This document shows positions 12,330 through 22,427 of a DNA stretch of 64,000 nt, one piece after another (the stretch's first letter is position 1; each line of letters begins with the position of its first letter). A program made the translations under genes and the position numbers. The notes under the pieces are model-generated. The model ran no database searches, was not told the origin of the DNA, and was given only the letters and a program-made list of their open reading frames with translations. This DNA comes from Octopus sinensis (Eukaryota): NCBI RefSeq assembly GCF_006345805.1, contig NC_043004.1:37510001-37574000 (forward strand), read 5' to 3'.

Positions 12330-13350
12330 ATCTACAGCTGACTGGTTTAGCTGTTGCTTCAGTACGCAGTCAAAGTGCTGCAGCAGCTGTGTGAGGCAGT
12401 TCCTCCCTGGATGTTAGCCATGTTGCATGTTTGTGAGATGGTTGTTTTCTTCTTGGAACATGATAGCCTTTTCTGATAACATTTGAAGTCAGAGAGATGG
12501 GCCTGTAATTTTTAGCATCTGCTCTGCTCCCTCCTTTATGGACAGGACATATTATATCCTCTTTTAGCATGTTGGGAAGTTTACTACATGCAAGGAAACT
12601 CTGCAAAAGTATCTGCAGTGGCTTTGAAAGAGCCCTTTTATATGCCTTTAAGAGAACAGCCGTGAGTCCATCAGGGCCTGTTGCTGAGTTTGATCTCATC
12701 AATGGCCGATACTACATCCTTTTCTGTTATGTTGATGTAATCAATGGTTGCCTCTTTTCCGAATAGATTTGTTACATTGAAAAACCCCTCAGGCTTGTTT
12801 ATTTGCAGATTTTCCAGTGGAGAAGTGAAAATACTTTGGAAGGGTTTATTTAGTGCTTAACTTGTCTTCCTCTGGTCTGCTGTTAGTGAGCCATTTTTAC
12901 CAAATAGTGGCCCTATCTTATAGTCTAATGAGGCAGACTCCTTTGCCAATATGTAGAAGGCTTTAGGATTTCTTTTTATATTTTTGACCGCCCAGCTTTC
13001 TCTTTTTTCTCTTTCTTTTTTATTGGAGAGTTTGAGTTTATTTTCAATCTCAAAGTGTTTCTCTGTCAGGTGGGATTTCATACTGTCATTGAGGTGTTTA
13101 TTTAAACAATTTGAGATCTTTATTTTCCACCACATGAGTATTGTTCTGTCAAGGAGATGATGTTTTTGTGTGTATTGGCTCTCTTCTCTGGGACATATTT
13201 AATGCATATGGCTCACATTATTGACACAAATTTATTGAGTTTCATATCTATGTCTTGCATAGAGAGGCTTGTAGGCCAATCCTGCTGGAGTATCTATTTT
13301 TCAAGTGACTTCCCATCAGCCTTATAGAAATTTAGGCTGTTAAGCTTGCT
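12330..13350 (-). mobile_element. CR1/L2-like LINE fragment (EN-RT linker and RT start)
   Basis: ORF 12370-12702 has SATGPDGL, PVHKGGSRADAKNYRPISLTS; LNSLNFYKAD at about 13300-13345 matches the element at 53570-54130. Confidence 0.8.
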
Positions 13351-13419
13351 CCCGACCTATGCGTTCTACCCACATGTTCTGGCTCACTCTATTATTGCTA
13401 TCTGCTAGCCCCCCGACTT

Positions 13420-14008
13420 GTGTGTCCACCCATACGTAACTTCTTCATACATTATATCTAGCCTTACTCCTCAATCCTGTTCTCATACTCCTGTTCCTCT
13501 CTATCATTCATATCTGGTAGCCCCCCCCCCAACTCTATACATACCATGTCACTTACTAGCACTCTATAGCACTGGTATAGGCTATGGCTGTGATCTCACT
13601 TGTTGGGCCTTCTCAATCACAGCATATCTCCAAAGGTCTCGGTCTCTTGTCATTTCCTCTGTAAAAGTCGTGCTTCATTACCTCATCCCATGGGCTCCTT
13701 CCATTGTTTGGGTGTGACACTTCTTCACACAGCTCTCCTCATCCATACACATCACATAACCATACCAGCACAATCATCTGTCTTGTACACCACATCTGAT
13801 GCTTCTTGCATGATAGCCTTTCTCTCAAGGCGCTTACACTCTGTCGTGTATGCACACTGACATTACACATTACACACTGACATTACACATCCAGCAGATC
13901 ATACTAGCTTCATTTCTTTCAAGCCTATATATGTCCTCAGCAGTCACGGCCCATGTTTCACTTTTGTGTGAGCATGGCTGTTTGCACACATGCATCGTAC
14001 AGTTTACT
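13420..14008 (-). mobile_element. RTE LINE C-terminal coding fragment
   Basis: cataccagcacaatcatctgtcttgtacaccacatctgatgc...gatcatactagcttcatttc, homologous to 62480-62720. Confidence 0.75.
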
Positions 14009-14131
14009 TCTCACTGTAGACAGAAAGGGTAAACACATCACGGCCAGTTTGAAGTGCATGCATCCATTGATCTTGAAGGGAGCACTTCAAAGTAATCATG
14101 GTGTGTTTACACTTTTTTGTCTACAGTGAGA
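14009..14131. repeat. Small fold-back element / MITE-like hairpin
   Basis: tctcactgtagacagaaagggtaaacacatca pairs with tggtgtgtttacacttttttgtctacagtgaga; inner tttgaagtgc pairs with gcacttcaaa. Confidence 0.8.
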
Positions 14132-14354
14132 ATATTTCACTATGATGGACCACAGTGAATAGCTATCTTATGAGTTCAAATACCCCCAACACAAGTTTAT
14201 ATTTGTCTCAATCACTGCTTATCCCTTCTATGCATATATATACGCACACACACACATGTACAGCAAAATTTAGATTCAGATGAATATGGTGCTTAAGGCA
14301 AAGACACTAGAATTTTGTATGGTATTATCCATATAAATCCATGGGGTGATTACA

Positions 14355-14632
14355 ATCAAAATAAGCAACAAGTATATCCGAGGTAATGTGGTACGATCGT
14401 TTCATGCTACTTCATTTTATTAAACACTGGTATATCTACCCTCTTTATAATGTTGACAAATGAAATAGGAATAAGAATGTACATTGTCCGTTTTTTTTGG
14501 AAAATTTTTAAAGGTGGCTGAAGATTGCTTGACATTTTAAAACTGATGTAATGCTTACATTGTTTAATAAAATGAAGTAGCATGAAACGATCGTACCACA
14601 TTACCTTGGATATACTTGTTGCTTATTTTGAT
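14355..14632. mobile_element. MITE-like element with 72-bp terminal inverted repeats
   Basis: 14355-14426 and 14561-14632 are reverse complements with one mismatch (ccgagg vs ccaagg). Confidence 0.85.
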
Positions 14633-14650
14633 ATATATATATATGTATAC

Positions 14651-14692
<42 letters not shown>

Positions 14693-14809
14693 ACATGCAA
14701 ATCCCATGTATTTTTCTATAAATTTTTCTAGTTTGTATTTGGTTTAACAGTGTTGTTGATTTATATCTTTCTACAAGAAGAATGAATTTGTTTTTATCTG
14801 CTATTCCAG

Positions 14810-15025
14810 GTTTGTGGTGAATTGAGTTGTGAAGAAGAAGTATTTCCTCTCTCTATGAATTATCTGGACCGATTTCTTTGTGTTCACACAATTAAGCGAA
14901 ATCAGTTACAGCTTCTAGGTTCAGCTTGTATGTTCCTCTCATCCAAGATGATGCAGACAATTCCTTTAGCTGCAGAGAAACTAGTGATGTATACAGACCA
15001 CTCTATTACCTTGGAGAGCCTTCTG
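14810..15025 (+). CDS. CCND: Cyclin D exon 2 (72 aa, [23 protein letters not shown]...ESLL)
   Basis: Cyclin box ([40 protein letters not shown]); ttccag| acceptor, |gtgaga donor; 216 bp, phase 0-0. Confidence 0.95.
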
Positions 15026-15435
15026 GTGAGATTTTATTCTCCTTTTTTTTTATGCGTATTGAAGTGTATAAATGTTGGACTCCAGAATTAATGAAAATAT
15101 AAACACAGTGCTATGTAAGATGACATAAATTATAGATAGGAAAGCATTGCTGTAGGGTATTCATTTAACCAATTGATAAATAATTTTATGTGCATCATTT
15201 GTATTGGTTTAAATGTCATCAACCATCATGATGTGAAAGTTAAGGACATCTAAGTTTTGCTGGAAACATGAATTCTACTTTTTTTTTATGATATGAGCAA
15301 AATAAAGATAAGTTGAAGGATATTGTGGTGAAAGATAACAATCGCAAGTTTTATGAGGTAAGACGATAATATATGAGGCGTATAAAAATTTTGGTTTGTG
15401 AATGAAAAAGAATGGGGGAAAAGCCCACTTTTGTT

Positions 15436-15832
15436 TCTTTTACTCTTTTACTTGTTTCAGTCATTTGACTGTGGCCATGCTGGAGCACCGTCTTTGGTCG
15501 AGTAAATCGACCCCAGGACTTATTCTTTGCAAGCCTAGTACTTATTCTATCGGTCTCTTTTGCCGAACCGCTAAGTGACGGGGATGTAAACGCACCAGCA
15601 TCGGTTGTCAAGCGATGTTTTGGGAGGGGGTGCAAACACAGACAGACAGACACACACACACATATATACACGACGAGCTTCTTTCAGTTTCCGTCTACCA
15701 AATCCACTCACAAGGCTTTGGTCGGCCCGAGTCTAGTAGAAGACACTTGCCCAAGGTGCCACGCAGTGTGACTGAACCCGGAACCATGTGGTTGGTAAGC
15801 AAGCTACTTACCACACAGCCACTCTTGCGCCT
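15436..15832 (-). mobile_element. tRNA-derived SINE (about 400-bp family)
   Basis: Reverse complement of 16437-16821: head ggagtggctgtgtggtaag...ggttccgggttcagtc, internal (TG)n, tail aaacaagtaaaagag. Confidence 0.9.
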
Positions 15833-16089
15833 ATGTGATCATTATATTTTAAATTTCCATTTTTCTGTGCTGGTATGAGAAACCTGTCATTTGCCTTGAT
15901 AGTGCATCATTTCATATGTGACACCCAGTAACCTAAAATTTGACTAAACTACTTCTGTTTGATAATAGGCAATATGGCATTTACTTTGATTTTGCTAAAT
16001 TTAGAGATCTATACCTGCAATCCAACAATACAATTTGATAATAGGTTTATACTATTTTCAGCAAACCCTCAAATTGTTCAAAAATGTTT

Positions 16090-16376
16090 TTAGTAAACCT
16101 AAAGCACCTTTTGAGCATTGGACCTCACAGAGGCAATAACAAAAGACCAAGACCTTTGACAATATGCAGTGCTTGAGAAGAAGACCCATAGAGCCAAGTG
16201 ATACCATAGTTGTAGCAATCACTCTCAGAGTGGTTGGTGTTAGGAAGGGCATCCAGCTGTAGAAACCATGCCAAATCAGACTGGAGTCTGGTGCAGCCCC
16301 TCAGCTTATCAGCCCTGGTCAAACTGCTCAATCCATGCCAGCATGTACAACAGACATTAATTGATGATGATGATAC
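16090..16376 (+). mobile_element. RTE 3'-end fragment
   Basis: ggacctcacagaggcaataac...gtgcttgagaagaagaccc...(gat)n tail. Confidence 0.75.
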
Positions 16377-16436
16377 AGGATTAAATATTTTAAGCATAAT
16401 ATTATTTTAAACATATTTCTATAATTCTCAAACTTA

Positions 16437-16821
16437 AGCAGGAGTGGCTGTGTGGTAAGTAGCCTGCTTACCAACCACATGGTTCCGGGTTCAGTCCCAC
16501 TGCATGGCACCTTGGGCAGGTGTCTTCTACTATAGCCCTTGGGCTGACCAAAGCCTTGTGAGTGGATTTGGTAGACGGAAACTGGAAGAAGCCCGTCGTA
16601 TATATGTATATATATATGTGTGTGTGTGTGTGTGCATGTATGTTTGTGTGTCTATGTTTGTCTCCCTAGCATTGCTTGACAACCGATGCTGGTGTGTTTA
16701 TGTCCCCGTCACTTAGCGGTTTGGCAAAAGAGACCGATAGAATAAGTCCCGGGGTCGAGTTGCTCAACTAAAGGTGGTGCTCCAGCATGACCTCAGTAAA
16801 ATGACTGAAACAAGTAAAAGA
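16437..16821 (+). mobile_element. tRNA-derived SINE (about 400-bp family)
   Basis: Pol III A/B-box-like head, internal (TA)/(TG) repeat, tail gactgaaacaagtaaaagag; five or more related copies in the window. Confidence 0.9.
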
Positions 16822-17026
16822 GAAAAACTAACCAGGCTCCCCACTCAAAATATTGATGAATTTGTTCACTTCACCTCTATAAATGGGAAGAGAAAATTGT
16901 TTCGTCTTTCCTTTGGTGTCAGGCAAGTTTAAGAAGATGAAAATCAATTCAGTTTTTTTTTATTAAACTTGGCTATATTCAACTTTTTTATGTACATTAA
17001 AAATATATCTTTTATTACACTTTTAG

Positions 17027-17186
17027 GCTATGGAGCTTCATTTACTGTGTGTTTTGAAGTGGGACTTGATGGCTATTACACCAAATGATTTTATTGAACT
17101 TATTTTAAGACGTCTTCCCATAGATTCATTGAGAATAAATATCATTAAAAAACATGCACATACATTTATAGCAATGTGTTATACAG
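17027..17186 (+). CDS. CCND: Cyclin D exon 3 (AMELHLLCVLKWDLMAITPNDFIELILRRL...KKHAHTFIAMCYT)
   Basis: LKWDL, TPNDFIE and KHAHTFIA match cyclin D; ttttag| acceptor, |gtaagc donor; 160 bp, phase 0-1. Confidence 0.95.
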
Positions 17187-18029
17187 GTAAGCAAAAGATT
17201 GTTATTTTAATGTTATGAAATGGTATTTTGGTTCTAATTAAGAAAAGACAACTGAATTTTAATTACTTATTTTTCTGGCTAGTAGTAGCAGCTCATTTAA
17301 TTTTTAATTTTTCTGTGGATTCTGTTTTGAAAGTTTAGGCTTCTGGATATTGTTAAAGCTTTGCTTTTGCATCTTTTCCTCACACGTAAAGTAGAAGTAA
17401 AACTCATTTTAAGCTTCAATGAGTAAATTATTTATATCGATAAGCTTCAAGAAAAATTTAGACATCTGTATTTATAAATAGTAAACAAACAAACTACTTC
17501 TATGTATTTAATTTGATACAAACGACTTCTGATGAAATATTTAACTTCATCCATTTAACCTGGATATACATTTGAGGTTAGCATACTCTCGATGCTGGCA
17601 ATATTGAAGAATTAGAAAAACAAAATATCAAATATAAACAAATAGATTAAACAGCTTCATTTAAAATTTATAATTTAGCATTAAATTAAAAATCTGAAGT
17701 GAATTATGTAAATAATCTTTTCTCTCCTGCTTGTATAATGATTGAAAAATTTAATATACTAACAACTATATATATCATAACATGAAATATGGTTATAAAT
17801 TACATAATTGTAAGTGAAAATATACCCAGTGTTACTTGTCTAAGTGATATATTCAAGACCAAATAAAGCTTCCAATATTTTACCTCAGTCATTAGTCAGT
17901 AAGAGTGGTTATTACAAGATATTCTTTTCGACAGTTTATGATGAATAAAGAAAGTCTTACCAACTGAGAACTGCCAAGAACAGAATGCACGCAGATTTCA
18001 GGCAAAAATCCTTTCTGTGAAGGTATCAT

Positions 18030-18265
18030 CTTTAGCGTCCGCTTTCCATGCTAGCATGGGTTGGACGGTTCAACTGGGGTTTGCACCAGGCCCAGTCTGA
18101 TCTGGCAATGTTTCTATGACTGGATGCCCTTCCTAACGCCAATCACTCCGTGAGTGTAGTGGGTGCTTTTTACGTGCCACCGGCACAGGTGCCAGACAAG
18201 GCTGGCAAACGGCCACGATCGGATGGTGCTTTTTATGTGCCACCGGCCCGGGGGCCAGGTGAGAT
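18030..18265 (-). mobile_element. RTE 3'-end fragment
   Basis: tcatctttagcgtccgctttccatgctagcatgggttggacgg... same as the 61758 tail. Confidence 0.8.
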
Positions 18266-18279
18266 ATATGCAAATACCA

Positions 18280-19505
18280 ACCCGGCCGAAACATTTTTTG
18301 GTTCATAATACCAACTGGCTGAGAGTACCCATTGTTATTTAAATGTGAATTAAAGCCCAAATCTTGTTCGTACATTTGTGAAAATACGTGATTTCACTTT
18401 GTAAATAGTTGGGTTACAGTATCCGACATTTCTTGACCTGATATCTGAACTCAGTGAATTTTTGGAGATTTTTTTTCCATATTTTTTCGGCATCGATTTT
18501 TCGTCAACTTTGAAAATGGATAGGAGTTTCATGTTATCAAGTATTGATTCCGAATTTAAAGCTTTTTCAACGGAAAATAGGGAGATAGCGAGAAAAAGAA
18601 TGAATGGGGTATAAAAGCACGTGGTGTTCGATAATGAATGGGATATTTCTGTATCCGAAAATGAAAGCAGCGATTCTGAAGAAACAAGGTGGCGATAACG
18701 ACAACAAAGACGATTTTACATCGGAATAAAGTAAAAACTTTTAAAATGTTTTTATTAGCAATTTTCTGAGGAGATAGAGTTTATCTATAGTCTTTCTTAG
18801 GAAGTGAAACCATTAGACTTTTATTTTTTTCAGTATGCTTGTTTGAAGCGATCACTGCGGAAACAAAACTTACACAGAATGTAAACAAACACAAAATGGG
18901 GGAGCAAAGTTTGGAAAATTTGTGAATCAAATACTGGGTGCTGCTTGTGAATTTAGTTTTTATACAGGGAAAATAATGTTAGTCAGCATGGCCTAGGGTA
19001 CGATGTGGTCTGGAATTTATCACTTCCATACCATATATTATTTTTTGACCGATTTCTTTAGTTTGGTCAAACTTGTGGTGGATTCCAGTATTTCAGTTTA
19101 TTTCACCTTTATGGTACACCTGTTCTATTGTGCATTAAATACAACTGATGATCTAGTGATGTGCACAATTCTTCTATATCAAAATTTTGTTGCATACCCA
19201 ATTGAATATTAGCTGATGATTCATTTTCTATAGTGATGTTTAAACAAAATTTTAATATTTTTACCTTTTGCTCAGTTTACCTGGGTTTACCTGTAATTAA
19301 AGTCACTTTGATACAAAAGTTATGCAATAGAATTCATTAAGAACCCTTTCTTTAATTATGTTCCAAATATCACATTAATATGTCGATAAGTAAAAAAAGT
19401 TACAGCTATTTAATGAAACAAGTCTAAATTCATGATTATTTTAGAATTTAATTGAAACTCATGAGGGGTGTATTTTAGTCAGAAATATAGTAACGAAAGG
19501 GTTAA
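18280..19505 (+). mobile_element. piggyBac-like deletion derivative
   Basis: Right end ...GTAACGAAAGGG|TTAA; 18984-19061 translates QHGLGYDVVWNLSLPYHILFFDRF, resembling the piggyBac D-D-D region. Left TIR not found. Confidence 0.5.
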
Positions 19506-20228
19506 CTATGGAGTCTGTAAAGATATGACCTCTTAGTCGTTACATGTATGACTGCTTATTTTGGACATTGTTAGTTTATTATGTATTTTAGTATAGCCAG
19601 AGAAGAGAGTGTAAATCTCTTTATTTCATAAGTTTGGTGGTGATTAAAGTACCTATCTTAGGTACTTTAATCTTAGGGGTGCAGGCAGAACCCAAGCTAG
19701 CATGGAAAACTAACGTTAAATTATGATGATGATGATATATATATATATGCCAGCATGGACAATGGATGTTAAGTGATGATGTTGATATTTATAACATTTT
19801 AGCATATATTTACAAGTAATTTAAACTTTAGAAATCTAGTAAATGCTTCTTTATTCTATAAATGAAGCATAAGTTATCAAGATTTTTTATTTAGATTTTC
19901 AGTTTGCATTTTTTAATTATTTTTAAAGTATAGTTTTTTTTCACAGTCCACCAAGCTGCATCTTGATGCACACTGCCTAGCAGCTGCTACTACTAGTGTG
20001 TGATATTACTGATGTCTCACAAATATGTGGATTCAATTCTTACTAAACTTGTCTAAGTAAAAGAATTCTACTTTTCAACTGAACAATACTTTATATTTTG
20101 CTTTCACTTTAGTGTTGTATAAACTTTTCTAAAAAAAAATATATGAAGCTATTCAATCCTGGTTTAGCCCCGACTAATAGAAAATATATGTTCAATTACA
20201 GAAATTTGAACTGTTTGTTTAATTTCAG

Positions 20229-20365
20229 ATTGCAAATTCATGACGTACACCCCATCAACCATTGCTGTTGGATGTATTGGCGCAGCTATGCAAGGTCTCA
20301 CTAATACACCAATGGTGAACTTTAATTTACTTCAGAGGCTACATGAAATCACACATATTGAATTA
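20229..20365 (+). CDS. CCND: Cyclin D exon 4 ((D)CKFMTYTPSTIAVGCIGAAMQGL...HIEL)
   Basis: Matches DFKF.MYPPSMIA.GS.GAA..GL of cyclin D; tttcag| acceptor, |gtaaga donor; phase 1-0 compatible with exons 3 and 5. Confidence 0.93.
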
Positions 20366-20982
20366 GTAAGAAACCTTTTAAAATTCTATGTATGAAATGT
20401 TATGAAAAAGCTTATTGAACTTGCTCCATTTCTGAATTCAAAAATTAATATATGACCAAAATTGTTTTAATTTAAACATATTAAGTCGTCGTTATCTTGT
20501 TTGTACCACTCAACCTAACTTAATTTTAACTTATCTGGTGAGGATATAATCAATCTGGCTGGTTTCCTGAAGTTAGTGTTGCAAATCATTAGATCATTTG
20601 CACCACAGAACTCCAGCAGCCTTGTTCCTTCCTTATTTCTAAAACCAAAGCTGTAACCTCCATGCACACTGTAAAATCTATGAGAGTACTTGTCCAGTGT
20701 GCCCCCCTTGAAATCACCTGTCTCAATATCCAAGTCTCTGTTATTTGTTGTTGAGATAGTCTGCAAAAGAACCTCATTAAATTGGTCGTTCTGATCAGCT
20801 GCATGTCCAGACTGGGATCATAGGCAGAGATAAATGTAACTGTTAATTATTTAAGTCTTAGCTTAACTTATCACAGTCTCTGACTACATCAGTTACCTTA
20901 TTTACCCAAAAGTATACTTGTATCACCCACCCCATCAGTTGCCTACCCAAGAGAATTTGAACCTCTGTTTCTTACCTATATA

Positions 20983-21211
20983 TTTCTTTACTACCCACAA
21001 GGGGCTAAACACAGAGGGGACAAACAAGGACAGACAAAGGGATTAAGTCGATTACATCGACCCCAGTGCATAACTGATACTTAATTTATTGACCCCGAAA
21101 GGATGAAAGGCAAAGTCGACCTCGGCGGAATTTGAACTCAGAACATAATGGCAGACGAAATATGGCTATGCATTTCGCCCGGTGTGCTAACGTTTCTGCC
21201 AGCTCGCCGTC
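20983..21211 (-). mobile_element. tRNA-derived SINE (second family, about 230 bp)
   Basis: - strand head ggcgagctggcagaaacgttagcac...gagttcaaattccgccg (B box); related degenerate copies at about 23075-23225 and 29140-29325. Confidence 0.85.
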
Positions 21212-21224
21212 TTAAATAACGAGT

Positions 21225-21256
21225 CTCCCTGGCGAGGAATTGAACCCTGGTCTCCC
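21225..21256 (-). pseudogene. 3' half of a tRNA-Asp-like sequence
   Basis: - strand gggagaccagggttcaattcctcgccagggag resembles the eukaryotic tRNA-Asp T-arm/acceptor (GGGAGACCGGGGTTCGATTCCCCGACGGGGAG); no D arm. Confidence 0.5.
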
Positions 21257-22274
21257 ACCTATAAGGAATCTAGCAGAGGCTTCTCTCCATTTTACTATTT
21301 GCACACTGCACATGTCTACATGTCGTCACTCCAGCATTTCAGTAATCTCACTGGTTCTGGTCCTTTCATTTTGCTGACATTGTGGAATAGGAAGGAAGAG
21401 TGGGAAGACGGTCATGGAACTTTTTGTCAGCACCTGAGAAGAGATGTGTATATGCATGTTTATATCTGGATTTCTGCTTTACTGATTGTCAATTAGTGTT
21501 TGTTTGTTTATATTCTTCTAACTTGGTAGTTGAGCAAAGAGCAACCAATGGAATAAGTACCAAACCTAAAGATTAAGTACTGGGTTTAATTTGAATGACA
21601 AAATCCCTTGAAGGTGGTACAGTTCAATGATTGAAACAAATATAAAAAAATATGTGTGTGTGTGTATGTATAAGTAGATGCTTTGATATGTATGGTGTTT
21701 GTTCCACATAAAATGCACCCAGTACACCCTGTAAAGTAGTTGGCATTCGGAAGGCACCCAGCTATAAAAACCAAACCAAAACAGACTATAGAAGCTGGCC
21801 TTGCAAGCTCTTGTCAAACCATCCAAGCCATGCCAATAGGTGAATATGATTGTATAGTATGCAGGAAGCCCTGATTTACATTTGTTATGTAACTTCCCTC
21901 TCAACTTCTAGGTTTTGAGTTTTAAAGCAGTTAAACCTGAAGAATATTCCAAATCTGTACGTAGATGTTATATTTGTGTGAGGTATGCATAAGTGTTGAA
22001 AATTCTGGCAGATATTTTTCCTATTTATTCACTATTGCATATATTTCATTTGCTAACAGGCATTACAAAATTTGTACATGTAAGATATCTCCTATTAGAA
22101 ATTCTATTCTTCAGACAGGGAATCAAATTATTTGATTTCCAATCTCCTATTTTCAGATATATCTACAATTAATATTTTAAAGAAGCAAATAACTAAAATG
22201 AAAATGAACTAAAGATTAATATAAGGAAATAATGAAAACTATTCGTTGATGTAAAATTTTTTTGTTTGTTTTAG

Positions 22275-22427
22275 GACTATTTGCGAGCTTGTCAAGATCA
22301 GATTGAACAGAAGGTTGCATATAATTTGTCTAATCTGAATATTCAAGAGGTTGATATTGCATCTAAAAATCACACTGTTAAAGAACACCCCACAACTCCA
22401 ACAGGTGTAAATGACATAAATTTCTGA
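22275..22427 (+). CDS. CCND: Cyclin D exon 5 (DYLRACQDQIE...PTTPTGVNDINF*)
   Basis: ttttag| acceptor; DYLRACQDQIE matches DCLKACQEQIE; terminal TPT degron; TGA at 22425-22427; spliced product 286 aa. Confidence 0.95.
   Translation, partial: DYLRACQDQIEQKVAYNLSNLNIQEVDIASKNHTVKEHPTTPTGVNDINF

Noticed and set aside
20366-20395. Cyclin D1b-like intron-4 read-through isoform
   Set aside because: The donor is canonical (gtaaga) and read-through adds only 9 aa; nothing in the sequence favours it.
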